NCBI GenBank assembly: GCA_963775425.1
Contig: CAVZJB010000013.1
Coordinates: 32,001-96,000, forward strand
Direction: 5' to 3'
DNA: 64,000 nucleotides
DNA from: an uncultured delta proteobacterium
GTDB taxonomy: Bacteria > Myxococcota > UBA727 > VGSZ01
Part shown: positions 28,599-39,435 of the stretch, in pieces
Position numbering within the stretch: the stretch's first letter is position 1
Layout: each line of letters starts with the position of its first letter
Notes under the pieces: generated by a model
What the model was told of the DNA's origin: nothing
What the model saw: the letters and a program-made list of their open reading frames with translations, nothing else
Database searches by the model: none
Translations under genes and position numbers: made by a program

Positions 28599-30554
28599 AT
28601 GTGTGGAATTGCGGGGGTGTGGCAGTGCGCGCCCATCGAAGCCGGGATCGACACGCTTCTCGGCGACATGCTCGCCACCATCCACCACCGCGGGCCGGAC
28701 GGCACGCGCATCCACGTCGATCGCGCCGCCCAGCTCGCCATGGGCCACACGCGGCTCGCGATCATCGATCTGGAGACGGGCGCCCAACCGCTGTTCGACG
28801 AGCCGCGCGAGCGCGCGCTCACCGTCAACGGAGAGTTCTACGACTACAAGCGGATTCGCGCCGATCTCGTCTCGCGTGGGCACCGCTTCGCCACGAAGAG
28901 TGACAGCGAGATTGCTCTGCCGCTGTACGAGCGGCGTGGGCTCGACTTCGTCGACTCGCTCCGGGGCGAGTTCGCGCTCGCGCTGTACGACCGCGCCGCG
29001 GACCGGCTCGTGCTGGCGCGGGACCGCTTCGGCATCAAGCCGCTGTTCTACTACGCCGATCGCGAGCGACTGATCTACGCCTCGGAGATCAAGGCCCTCT
29101 TCGCCCATCCGCAGGTGCCGAGGCGGATGAGCGCGAAGGGCGTGCTGCGCCAGCTCATGCATGTGCCGGTGCCGGGGGCGACCGCGTTCGAGCACGTGCA
29201 CAAGGTCAAGCCCGGACACATGCTCGTGGTCAGCCGGCGCGACGGACGGCTGGAGGTCACGGAGCGGCGCTACTGGGACCTCGACTTCCCGCGCGAGCAC
29301 GAACGCGACCTGGGCGTGGCGGCCGAGACGCAGATCGAGCAGGTGCGCGAGCAGATGATCGAGGCCGTGCAGCTTCGCCTGGAGGCCGACGTCCCCGTGG
29401 GCTGCTACCTCTCCGGCGGCATCGACTCCTGCTCCATCCTCGGCCTCGCGACCGCGGTGCAGCAGTCGCCGGTGAAGGCCTTCACCATCGGCTTCGACCA
29501 CCAGGCCTACGACGAGTCCGACGTCGCGCTGGAGATGGCCCACGCGGTGCGGGCCGACCACGAGACCTTCGTGATGAACGCGGAGGACCTGTACGGAGAC
29601 AACTACACGCGCTGCCTCTGGCACGCGGAGCGCGCCTTCTACAACGCGTTGGGTGTCGCCAAGTGGTGTCTGTCCGAGCGCGTCCGCGAGCGCGGCTACA
29701 AGGTGGTCGTCACCGGCGAGGGTGCCGACGAATTGTTCGGGGGCTACCCGGCGTTCAAGCGCGACATGATCCTCCACGGGATGGCCGGCGAGTCCCCCGA
29801 CGAGGTCTCGGCGCTGCAGCGGCAGCTCTATGAGAGCAACCGGATCTTCAAGGGCGCCATCCTCTCGGAGAGCTCACCCACGCACCCCGCCATGGAGGCC
29901 CTCTGCGGGTTCACGCCCTCGTGGATCCAGCCGTGGCTCGAAGCATCCAAGGTGGCCCGACCGCTGCTCGCCGACGACCTGCTCGCCCAGCTCGAGGGCT
30001 ACGACCCGGTGGAGGAATTGGCCGCCAGCCTCGACGCGAGCCAGTTCGAGGGGCGGCACCCGCTCGACAAAGCCCAGTACACGTACACAAAGACCCTGCT
30101 CGAGGTGCAGGTCCTCGGCTGGAGCGGCGACCGCGCCGACATGGCCAACTCCATCGAGGCGCGCCCGGCGTTCCTCGACCACCACGTGGCCGAGCTGGCG
30201 CGCACCATCCCTCCGTCGCGGCGCATCCACGGCATGGTCGAAAAGTGGGTCCTGCGTGAGGCCATGCACGGCATCCTCCCGGAGCGCTTGTACAAGCGAC
30301 AGAAGTTCGCGTTCATGGCCCCGCCGCCGCACACCGGGCCCAATCGACGCAAGGCGGTCGACCGCCTCATCGACCAGCACATGGGCCGCTCGCAGGTGGC
30401 CGACGCCGGGCTCTTCGATCCGGGGCGCCTCGACGCGTTCCTGCAGTCCTACCGGGTCGAGCACGATCCCACCGCGCTCACGCGGAAGGACGCGCTGCTC
30501 AATCACCTGCTCGGGCTGCACATGCTGCATCAGCGCTTCGTCCAGGGGAGCTGA
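28599..30554 (+). CDS. asnB: Asparagine synthase (glutamine-hydrolysing) family amidotransferase
   Basis: MCGIAG, HRGPD, RLAIID, RDRFGIKPL, LSGGIDS, GEGADELFGGY. Confidence 0.92.
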   Translation: MCGIAGVWQCAPIEAGIDTLLGDMLATIHHRGPDGTRIHVDRAAQLAMGHTRLAIIDLETGAQPLFDEPRERALTVNGEFYDYKRIRADLVSRGHRFATKSDSEIALPLYERRGLDFVDSLRGEFALALYDRAADRLVLARDRFGIKPLFYYADRERLIYASEIKALFAHPQVPRRMSAKGVLRQLMHVPVPGATAFEHVHKVKPGHMLVVSRRDGRLEVTERRYWDLDFPREHERDLGVAAETQIEQVREQMIEAVQLRLEADVPVGCYLSGGIDSCSILGLATAVQQSPVKAFTIGFDHQAYDESDVALEMAHAVRADHETFVMNAEDLYGDNYTRCLWHAERAFYNALGVAKWCLSERVRERGYKVVVTGEGADELFGGYPAFKRDMILHGMAGESPDEVSALQRQLYESNRIFKGAILSESSPTHPAMEALCGFTPSWIQPWLEASKVARPLLADDLLAQLEGYDPVEELAASLDASQFEGRHPLDKAQYTYTKTLLEVQVLGWSGDRADMANSIEARPAFLDHHVAELARTIPPSRRIHGMVEKWVLREAMHGILPERLYKRQKFAFMAPPPHTGPNRRKAVDRLIDQHMGRSQVADAGLFDPGRLDAFLQSYRVEHDPTALTRKDALLNHLLGLHMLHQRFVQGS

Positions 30555-30597
30555 CCGCAGCGGCGCGCGCTATCCTCGCGGACCCCGAGGAGGCCCG

Positions 30598-30633
30598 ATG
30601 GCGCGCGTGACTGGTATCGGTGGAGTGTTCTAG
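30598..30633 (+). pseudogene. Truncated VOC/glyoxalase-family gene (N-terminal 11 codons)
   Basis: GGAGG RBS + MARVTGIGGVF then TAG; this N-terminus is characteristic of a VOC subfamily. Confidence 0.7.
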
Positions 30634-30641
30634 GCACCGAG

Positions 30642-30677
30642 CGTAGGGCGGTTGCCCGGACAAGCCCCCGCCCTACG
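30642..30677. repeat. GTAG-type REP-like palindrome
   Basis: CGTAGGGCGG...CCGCCCTACG 10-bp inverted repeat; core shared with 5857-5877. Confidence 0.7.
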
Positions 30678-31926
30678 GGTCCGCGGCGTCGAGGCGCTTG
30701 AGAGCGTCGAGGAGCGCGCCCTGCTCGGCGGGGTTCTCCTCGATGACGTGGCTGTCGCTGTGAAGCGTCTCGAGGTGCGCACCGAGCAAGCCGGCCCACT
30801 CCTGCGTCTCCGCGTAGTCGGCGAGCGAGTCGTGGTCGGCGTGGATGATCTCGATGTGCCCCGAGGGACGCGCGCCGTCCTCGAGGAGCTTCTTCATCGT
30901 GGCGAGGTCCTCGTCGGAGGCATGAAACGCCTGCGCGCGGCCCTTGAGGTGCTCGGTGGCCGCGTGCTGCGCGTTCTTCTGGAGGACGACGTCGCTCGAC
31001 GACAGGATCGGGAAGCCCATCGCGGCGAGCGGCACCTGGCGCAGCACGGGGACGTTGCCGAGCCCGGACAGCGTGGCGTTCACGATGCCGTCGCTGCGCT
31101 TGTAGTACGGGTCCTGCAGGACGACGTCGACGTCCTTGGGCATCCGCGGCCCGTCGAGGTCGATCTTGTCGAGGCTGTTCATCACGACCGCGCCCGTGGC
31201 GCCGGCGCCGCCGCCCATCGAGGTGCCGATGACGACGACCTTGTTGCCGCCCTCGGCCGCCTTGGCCGTCACCGCGGCGAGGTCGCGGGCGATGCCGAAG
31301 CCGCGGTCGATGCCGCCCTGCTTGCCGTCGGAGAGCCCGGCCCACTGGTGGTCCATCACCACCACCTCGTAGCCGCGCGCGTTCAGGAGCTGGATCTGCT
31401 CGGCGTAGTTGCGGCCGGTCTCGAGGAAGCCGGGCGAGATCACCGCGGTCTTGCCGTTGGCCGGCGCCGTCGGCTTCCAGGTCTGCGTGAAGACCTGGCG
31501 CTCGGCGATGGCGTGCCCGTCGACGCTGCCCCTGGCGGTGACGAAGGCGTCTGTGACTTCGCCTGGCTCGCGGCCGAAGCGCACGAGGGTGATGGCCTTG
31601 TCGACGAGGTACGCGTTCCAGTCCGCGGCGGAGACGTGCGCGGGCTTGTCGAGCGTGGAGACCTTGTGATCCCACGCCTTCTCCGCCGCCCCGAGGAACT
31701 GCGTGAGGCGCGCCTCCTCGTCGACCTTGCTGGCGCCGACCTCGAAGAACGCGCGCAGCTTGAAGAGGATGGGGTTGGTATCGAACGCCCCCGCCCGCTT
31801 CCCTTCACCGACGGTGCCGGGCTCGTTGCCGACGAGGCCGTCCTTGTTGCCGACGGTGGCGTCGTCGAGCTTCTTGTTGAGGGTGGCGACGGTGGCGCGC
31901 GATCCGAGGTTCAAGATGGCGGGCAT
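30673..31926 (-). CDS. Alpha/beta hydrolase (lysophospholipase-like) with N-terminal extension
   Basis: PGFLE...Y, D.QWAGLSDG, GTSMGG nucleophile elbow, C-terminal SHV. Confidence 0.85.
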   Translation of the reverse strand: MPAILNLGSRATVATLNKKLDDATVGNKDGLVGNEPGTVGEGKRAGAFDTNPILFKLRAFFEVGASKVDEEARLTQFLGAAEKAWDHKVSTLDKPAHVSAADWNAYLVDKAITLVRFGREPGEVTDAFVTARGSVDGHAIAERQVFTQTWKPTAPANGKTAVISPGFLETGRNYAEQIQLLNARGYEVVVMDHQWAGLSDGKQGGIDRGFGIARDLAAVTAKAAEGGNKVVVIGTSMGGGAGATGAVVMNSLDKIDLDGPRMPKDVDVVLQDPYYKRSDGIVNATLSGLGNVPVLRQVPLAAMGFPILSSSDVVLQKNAQHAATEHLKGRAQAFHASDEDLATMKKLLEDGARPSGHIEIIHADHDSLADYAETQEWAGLLGAHLETLHSDSHVIEENPAEQGALLDALKRLDAADP

Positions 31927-31970
31927 GCCGGAGCTTCGCCCGTCCCGCGCCGCTTGGCGAGGGCGGCGGC

Positions 31971-32615
31971 TCAGGCGAGCCGGGCGAGGAGCGACTGACA
32001 CAGCTCCTTCACGTCGGACGTGCCCGCGAGCAGGAGCACGTTCTTCACGCGCGTCTTGAGGAGCGACGGGCTCTTGATCTGCGCTTTGTCGATGGCGACG
32101 AGGCCACGCAGGGCCTCGGAGAGGACGTCTTCGTTGCCGTGGCCGAGCGCCTTGGAGAGCACCTCGGCGTCCTTGGGGAGCGCGGCGCCCTTGGCGCGCA
32201 GGGCGTCGACGGCCGCCTCCACCTCGCGCGGGCTGTTGGCGCGGCGGATCTGCTCGACGATGGCGAGCACCTCGTCGGAGGGCCCGTTGATCACGCGCCG
32301 CTTCTTGCCGGGGTCGGCCTCGGCCCTGGCCGGCGGCTTCTTCGCGGCGTTGCCGTTCGCGGCGGCGGGGGCCTGTTCAGGCTCGGCGATGCCGTGCTCG
32401 GCGGCGCCGGGGCGCGTGGCGAGCATGTCCTTCAGGTGCTCGGGCAGCGGCTTTTCGCCGTTGAAGAACGCGTGCAGCTCCTGCTTGTAGCGCTCGTAGG
32501 CGGTGTTGGCGGGGCGCCGCGGGAGCTCGTCGTCGCGGCTGGCGCCGGTGGTGCCGTCGGCGCGGACGCGCGTCGGCTCCCCGAAGGATTTCTCGCGCCG
32601 TCTATCGAATGCCAT
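31971..32615 (-). CDS. Hypothetical protein (disordered N-terminus, helical C-terminus)
   Basis: GAGGAG RBS and strong codon bias. Confidence 0.7.
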   Translation of the reverse strand: MAFDRRREKSFGEPTRVRADGTTGASRDDELPRRPANTAYERYKQELHAFFNGEKPLPEHLKDMLATRPGAAEHGIAEPEQAPAAANGNAAKKPPARAEADPGKKRRVINGPSDEVLAIVEQIRRANSPREVEAAVDALRAKGAALPKDAEVLSKALGHGNEDVLSEALRGLVAIDKAQIKSPSLLKTRVKNVLLLAGTSDVKELCQSLLARLA

Positions 32616-32777
32616 GCGTCTCCTCGTGCACGGATCGGATCTCGGGGTGGCGACTCGCCGCGGCGGCGGCGTTGGTTGAACCCGGTCTGACTCGTCCCCT
32701 GGGCGGCTGGGGAGAGAAGGCCCCAGCGGCTCGAACACAGTGACTGTAACCGGTTCGCGGCCGGGTGCCAAAGCGAA

Positions 32778-34574
32778 TCAGTCCCCGACCGGATCCAGGA
32801 GAACCGTCCCCTTGCTCTGGAGGAACGCGGCCATCTGCGCGTGGATGCCCGGCGCGCCGGCGAACATGTGCAAGCCGTGCGGGTTGTCGTCGGGCGGGTA
32901 GTCGAAGTCCTCGCCGCGCATGACCCACAGCGCGTCGACGGCGGCGCCGTCGGCCTCGGGCGCGGCGCGCTCGTCGACGCCGAGGGCGGCGGCGAGGTCG
33001 CGCGTGGCGCCGTTGGGCAGCGTGCGGTCCCCGTCGTTCATTTGCAACAAGAGCGGCGGCGCGGTGGCGGGGCGCAACGCCGCGTAGGCGATCGGATCGG
33101 CGGGCTCGATGAGGGTCTGCAGCAAGCTTCCACACAGCGGGAGCGCGTCGTCGTAGGCGGGGTCATCGACGGAGAGGCCGATGGCGGGCTTGAGCAGGAG
33201 GCCGACGCCGGCCTTGAGCACGCCGCTTTGGAGCATGTCGTAGAAGCTCGACCCCGGCGCGTTGAGCACGCCCGCGTCGAAGCGGTGGTCGACGGCGAGG
33301 AGCGGCGCGCCCACGATGGTGCCCATGCTGTGGCCGAAGAACGTGACGCTGCCGTCGAGGTCGTCGCCGGGGACGCCGTCGACGTCGACGTGGCCTGCGG
33401 TGACGAGCGTCGCGAGCTGCACGAGGTCGAGCGACGTCTGGCGGAGGTGCTCTCGGGCGACGCGCGGATCGTCGACACGGAAGAGGGTGAAGGAGCTCCC
33501 GCGCCCCCCTTGCGACGACGCGTCGATGGAGAACACGGCCATGCCGCGCGCGAGCAACTGGTCGCCGACCTTGAGGCCGAAGGTGCGGTCGTCGTCGAAG
33601 CCGTGCTGCGCGATCACGGCCGGCCAGGGTGGCGGGAACCGCGAGGCGTCGGGGAGGGCGTAGAGCACGTCGAGGCTGACCTCGCGGCCGGGCCGGTCGA
33701 GGTCCCAGACGCCATCTTCCCCGGGGCGCATGTCGAGGTCGGTGAAGGTGCCGACGGCGACGCGGACGCCGTCGGGGAGGCGGTCGATGTGGCCCTTGAG
33801 CGCGTCGGGGAGGTCCGCGGGCGCGACCGGCGGGGCGAACGAAAACGGCGGCACGCGATCGCGGACGGCGTCGGCGGCGCGCGCGAGGTCGCCGGCGGGG
33901 TCGCCTGTGACGTAGGCCGCGACGAGGGCGAGCTCGTCGGCGTCGACGCCGAGGGCGGCGGCGGCGGCGGCGACGTCGGCTTCGCCGGCGCCGTGGGCGA
34001 AGGCGTCGAAGTCGGCGGTGCGCGCGAGGTCGCCGCCGTCGACGGAGCGGCGCACGGCGAGGAGCACGCGCGTCGACGGCGGCAGCGGCGACGCGGGGCG
34101 GACGGCGAGGTAGCCGGGATCGTTCACCCACTGCGCGTGGGCGGCGACGACGGCGCCCGATCTCTCGGCCACGACGAACGCGAGCGCGCGCTCGTCGATG
34201 TGCGCGGCGTCGAGCGGGGCGCTGAAGCGAAGGAGCACCGGGGCGTAGACGCCCCACCCGGGCATTTCGCCGAGGAAGCGCTCCCAATTCGTGAGCGTGG
34301 TCTCGGCCTCGGCGGTCCACGCCGCCTGCGGCAGATAGGCGAACGCGAAGTCGTGCGGCAGCGCGAGCTTGCCCTCCTTCACGTCGCGCGCGTCGGGCAC
34401 GGGGTTGTCCGCCGACGCCGCGTCGCTCGACCACAAAGGCGCGGGCCCCTCGTGCGCCGGCGCGCACCCGGCCCCCACGGCGACGACCGCCGCGGCGATC
34501 CAGGCGCCCCTGTGGCGCGCGCGCTCCTCGTGGGGCGCGCCTCCGTGGCGCCCGCGCTCGGCATCGCCCTGCAT
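32778..34574 (-). CDS. Lipoprotein with Ig-like region and C-terminal alpha/beta hydrolase (lipase-like)
   Basis: GAGC lipobox-like; QHGF, FGHSMG, D..LPN, NPHG; start uncertain. Confidence 0.8.
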   Translation of the reverse strand: MQGDAERGRHGGAPHEERARHRGAWIAAAVVAVGAGCAPAHEGPAPLWSSDAASADNPVPDARDVKEGKLALPHDFAFAYLPQAAWTAEAETTLTNWERFLGEMPGWGVYAPVLLRFSAPLDAAHIDERALAFVVAERSGAVVAAHAQWVNDPGYLAVRPASPLPPSTRVLLAVRRSVDGGDLARTADFDAFAHGAGEADVAAAAAALGVDADELALVAAYVTGDPAGDLARAADAVRDRVPPFSFAPPVAPADLPDALKGHIDRLPDGVRVAVGTFTDLDMRPGEDGVWDLDRPGREVSLDVLYALPDASRFPPPWPAVIAQHGFDDDRTFGLKVGDQLLARGMAVFSIDASSQGGRGSSFTLFRVDDPRVAREHLRQTSLDLVQLATLVTAGHVDVDGVPGDDLDGSVTFFGHSMGTIVGAPLLAVDHRFDAGVLNAPGSSFYDMLQSGVLKAGVGLLLKPAIGLSVDDPAYDDALPLCGSLLQTLIEPADPIAYAALRPATAPPLLLQMNDGDRTLPNGATRDLAAALGVDERAAPEADGAAVDALWVMRGEDFDYPPDDNPHGLHMFAGAPGIHAQMAAFLQSKGTVLLDPVGD

Positions 34575-34653
34575 GCCGTGTGGTACCGCCGGCGCCCGCC
34601 CGAAGAATCCGCAGTCCGGCGGAGGGACCCGGCCCGACGCGCCACGTGATCCA

Positions 34654-35366
<713 letters not shown>

Positions 35367-35370
<4 letters not shown>

Positions 35371-36278
35371 GGGGCCCCCACATCGGCGACGTCGAGGCCG
35401 GCGACGCGCCAGAACTCCTCGAGGTGCTCGTTGACCAGGGCGGGCATCTCGACGGCGGCGTAGTGGGTGCCGCCGGCGAGCATGACGAGGCGGGCGGCGG
35501 GGATCTCCGCGGCCATGCGGCGCGCGGCCGACAGCGGCGTCATCCTGTCCTCGGTGCCCTGCAGGATCAGCGTCGGGCACCTCACGCGCGGGAGCACGTC
35601 GTACGCGTCGTGCTCACCGAGCTTGCGCAAGATCTCGACGTACAGGTGCATGTCGAGCTGCTTGAAGCCCTGGGCGACCTCGGAGAACACCTCGCGGTCG
35701 AGGTCGTGGTGCACGAGCCCGAGGCGGATGGCGGCGGGGATGAAGCCGGACCACGAGACCACGCCGTGGACCGCGCGCTCGAGCGCGCCGTCCACGCGCT
35801 GGGCGCCGGCGAGCATCGGGTCGACGAGCTTTTTGAGGGCGCCGCCGGCGAAGGTCGCCCAGGGACGCCCGGGGACGCCGTTGTGCAGCACCAGCGTGTC
35901 CGTGCGCTCGGGCGCGAGGCGCTGCAGCTCGAGGAGCACCTGCACGCCCATGGACCAGCCGAGCGCGTGGACCTCCTCCGCGCCGCCCGCGTCAGCGCCG
36001 ACGGCGTCGAGGACGGCGAGGGCGTCGCGCGCGTGATCCTCGACGGCGAGCGCGCGGTAGCCCCGCAGCGGGCGCCCCGACGAGTACAGCCCGCGGTAGT
36101 CCCACGACACGAAGCGGAACGTGCGCCGGAAGCGCTCGATGACGAAGCGGTACGCGTTCACCGTGGCCCCGAGCCCGTTGGCCAGGAGCAGCACCGGCGC
36201 TCCCGGCGGCCCGAACACCTGCACCCCGAGCGGCGTGCCGTCGAACGACGGCAGCGTGCGCTGCTCGAACGCGATCAT
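35367..36278 (-). CDS. Alpha/beta hydrolase
   Basis: ANGLG, WDYRGL, GWSMG, G.ED.MTP, GTHY. Confidence 0.9.
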
Positions 36279-36354
36279 GCCGCGCGCCTGTCGTGGGCTT
36301 TGGCGTGGCCCCTGGCGTGGCGCGGGGGCTCTCCCCCCGCCGCGGGCGGAGCGC

Positions 36355-39300
36355 TCACGCCATTCTCGCCAGCGCCGCGCTCAAGCGGGCGACCTTCTCG
36401 TCGAGGGCCTTCATGTTCGCGCGGCCCTCGGCGACCACCTCGGCGGGGGCCTTCTTGACGAACTCGGGGTTGTCGAAGCGCTTCTCGAGCCCGGCCTTCT
36501 CCTTGGTGGCCTTTTCAATCTCGCGCTGCAGGCGCGCCTTCTCCTTGTCGACGTCGATGAGGCCCTCGAGGTGCACGACGACCTCGAACGCGCCGGTCGA
36601 CTGGCGCGCGGCGATCTTCGGGCCCGCGTACGAGGCCGCCTTGGCGCGCACGACCTCCTTGAGCACGGCGAGGTGCCCGATGAGCGCCGCGTGGGTGCCG
36701 AACAGCTCGAAGGTGGCGTCGTCGCCGGCGACGAGGTCGACGCGCACGGGCGAGCGCGGCTGGAGGCCGGACTCCTGCCGCAGGTTGCGCGCGACGGTGA
36801 CGGCCTCGAGCACGATGCCCATGTCGCGCTCGGCGGCCTCGTCGACGAGCGCGGCGTCCACCGTGGGCCAGGGCGCCACGGCGCAGAACTTCACGTCGGC
36901 CCAGCGCGCCTCGCGGCCGGGGAGCCGCTGCCAGATCTCCTCGGTCTGGAACGGACACAGCGGGTGCAGCAGGCGCATCGACGTGTCGAGCGCGTGGACC
37001 AACGTGGCGCGCGTGGCCGGCGTGTCGAGCGAGGACTTGCTGGCCTCGATGTAGACGTCGCACAGCTCGGTCCAGAAGAACTGGTACATCGCGTTGGCGG
37101 CGTCGTCGAAGCGGTAGGCGTCGATGGCGTCGCTCACCTGCTGCGCGGCGCGCTGCAGGCGCGACAGGATCCAACGATCCGCCAGCGACAGCGCTCCCCG
37201 CTCGAGCGACGACACCGCCGGCACCGGCGCGTCGCCGACGCGCGCGACGCCGAAGTTCACCGCCGCGTTCCAGATCTTGTTGAGGAAGCGCCGGTAGCCC
37301 GCCGCGCGCGGCAAGGAGAGCTTCACGTCCCGCCCCTGCGCCGACAGCGCCGCCAGCGTGAAGCGCAAGCCGTCGGCGCCGGCGGCGGGCAGCCCGTCGG
37401 GGAACTCCTTCTCGAGGCCCTTCAAGACGCTCGCGAGCTTCTTGTCCGGCACCGGGTACGTCTTGGTCTTGTCGAGCAGGTCCGGCAGCGTGATGCCGTA
37501 CATGACGTCGAGCGGATCGATGGCGTTGCCGAGGGACTTGGACATCTTGCGGCCGTTGGCGTCGCGCACCATGGCGTGCAGGAACACGTCGGCGAACGGT
37601 GTCTCGCCCATCAGGTGCTTGCCGAGCCACACCATGCGCGCGACCCAGAAGAACAGGATGTCGCTGCCGGTCTCGAGGACGGCGCCCGGGTAGAAGGCCT
37701 TGAGCTCGGCGGTCTCGTCGGGCCAGCCGAGCGTCGAAAACGGCCACAGCCCGGAGGAGAACCACGTGTCGAGCACGTCCTCCTCCTGCACCCAGCGCCC
37801 CGGCTCCTTGGCGGCAAGGTCCTCCACCGAGGCGACCGTGAAGGTCTTGACGGCGTCCTCGTCGAGCGTGGCCAGCGCCACCGGCAACAGCTCCTTGCCG
37901 ATGACGCCGCGGGCCTGCTCGCGCACGGCGTCGGTGTCGCCGCCCTTCTTGTTGGCGTCGGCCTCGATGGCCTCGTCGATCTTGCTGAGGTCGTAGAACA
38001 CCGGGATGCGGTGTCCCCACCAGAGCTGCCGCGACACGTTCCAGTCGCGGATGTTCTCCATGAAGTGGTCCCACGTCTTCTTCCACCATGCGGGGATGAT
38101 GCGGGTGTCGCCGTTGTCGACGAGGGAGAGCGCTTCCTTGGCGAAGCCGGCGGTCTTCACGAAGAACTGCCGCGACAACATCGGCTCGATGACCGCGCCC
38201 GAGCGCTGCGACACCGGCACCTCGTGGCGAATGGGCGTGGTGCCGCGGAACAAGCCGAGCTCCTCGAGGGCGCGCTTCACCGCCTTGCGGGCGGCCGTGC
38301 GTTCGAGGCCGGCGAAGGCGCCGCCCTCGGCGGAGATCGCCATGTCGAGGTTGAAGATGGAGATGGAGGGCAGCCCGTGCTGCTTGCCGCGCTCGAAGTC
38401 GGTGGGGTCGTGCGCCGGCGTGATCTTCACGGCGCCGGTGCCGAGCTCCATGTCGACGTCGTCGGAGGCCACCACCACCACCCGCCGCTCGGGAAAGAAC
38501 GGGTGCAACAGCTCCTTGCCCACGAGCGCGGTGTAGCGCCCGTCGCTGGGGTGCACGCCGACGGCGACGTCACCGAGCATGGTCTCGGGGCGCGTGGTGG
38601 CCACCACGATCTCGGCCGCGTCGTCGGGGGCGCACATGGCCGCGGCCTGCTTGTCCGGGTCGTGCGGCGACGTGTAGGGCTTGGCGGCGATGGTGTGGCC
38701 CTTGAGCTTGTAGGCGAAGCGCCACAGCTCGCCGTCCTTCTCCTCCTTGTCGACCTCCTCGTCGGAGAGCGCGGTGCGCGTGCCCGGGTCCCAGTTCACC
38801 AGCCGCTCGCCGCGGTAGATGAGGCCCTGGTCCCAAAGACGCACGAACGCCTCGCGCACGGCGCGGTTGCAGCGCTCGTCCATGGTGAAGCGCTCCCGCG
38901 TCCAATCCGCGGATGCGCCCATGGCCTTGAGCTGCTCGACGATGCGGCGGCCGTTCTTCTCCTTCCACGCCCAGATGCGCTCGAGGAACTTCTCGCGCCC
39001 GAGCTCGTGGCGCGTCTTGTTCTCGTGGCGCTTGAGCTCGCGCTCCACCACCGCCTGCGTGGCGATGCCGGCGTGATCGACGCCGGGCAGCCACAAGGCG
39101 GCCTCGCCGCGCATGCGGTGGGTGCGGATGAGGATGTCCTGCAGCGTGACGAACAGCGCGTGCCCCATGTGCAGCGTGCCCGTGACGTTGGGCGGCGGCA
39201 TCATGACGACGTACGGCTTCTTGTCGCCGCGGGTGACGGCGTCGACGTCGGGTTGAAAGACGCCCGCCTTGTCCCAGACCGCGTACCAGCGCGCCTCCAC

Positions 39301-39357
39301 CTCCGCGGCGTCGTAGGCTTTCGGGGCTGAACCGTCGGTGTCGGGCGCGTTTTCCAT
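36355..39357 (-). CDS. valS: Valine--tRNA ligase
   Basis: PPPNVTGTLHMGH, ATTRPET, SRQLWWGHRIP, DVLDTWFSS, KMSKS and C-terminal coiled coil. Confidence 0.98.
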   Translation of the reverse strand: MENAPDTDGSAPKAYDAAEVEARWYAVWDKAGVFQPDVDAVTRGDKKPYVVMMPPPNVTGTLHMGHALFVTLQDILIRTHRMRGEAALWLPGVDHAGIATQAVVERELKRHENKTRHELGREKFLERIWAWKEKNGRRIVEQLKAMGASADWTRERFTMDERCNRAVREAFVRLWDQGLIYRGERLVNWDPGTRTALSDEEVDKEEKDGELWRFAYKLKGHTIAAKPYTSPHDPDKQAAAMCAPDDAAEIVVATTRPETMLGDVAVGVHPSDGRYTALVGKELLHPFFPERRVVVVASDDVDMELGTGAVKITPAHDPTDFERGKQHGLPSISIFNLDMAISAEGGAFAGLERTAARKAVKRALEELGLFRGTTPIRHEVPVSQRSGAVIEPMLSRQFFVKTAGFAKEALSLVDNGDTRIIPAWWKKTWDHFMENIRDWNVSRQLWWGHRIPVFYDLSKIDEAIEADANKKGGDTDAVREQARGVIGKELLPVALATLDEDAVKTFTVASVEDLAAKEPGRWVQEEDVLDTWFSSGLWPFSTLGWPDETAELKAFYPGAVLETGSDILFFWVARMVWLGKHLMGETPFADVFLHAMVRDANGRKMSKSLGNAIDPLDVMYGITLPDLLDKTKTYPVPDKKLASVLKGLEKEFPDGLPAAGADGLRFTLAALSAQGRDVKLSLPRAAGYRRFLNKIWNAAVNFGVARVGDAPVPAVSSLERGALSLADRWILSRLQRAAQQVSDAIDAYRFDDAANAMYQFFWTELCDVYIEASKSSLDTPATRATLVHALDTSMRLLHPLCPFQTEEIWQRLPGREARWADVKFCAVAPWPTVDAALVDEAAERDMGIVLEAVTVARNLRQESGLQPRSPVRVDLVAGDDATFELFGTHAALIGHLAVLKEVVRAKAASYAGPKIAARQSTGAFEVVVHLEGLIDVDKEKARLQREIEKATKEKAGLEKRFDNPEFVKKAPAEVVAEGRANMKALDEKVARLSAALARMA

Positions 39358-39435
39358 CCGTGCTCCTCGTCGACGTTGGACCTAGCAGACGCGCACCGCC
39401 GGCAAAAGGGTCCGGGTCGGCTGTATGCTGGCGCC

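Noticed and set aside
27034-30554. Lasso-peptide or other RiPP cluster around asnB
   Set aside because: AsnB keeps a full glutaminase domain; no B1/B2 proteins; the small ORF has a Sec signal, not a lasso leader.
32616-32775. Possible 6S RNA or riboswitch
   Set aside because: Only a local hairpin and short motif fragments; spacing and gene context do not fit. An Rfam scan would settle it.
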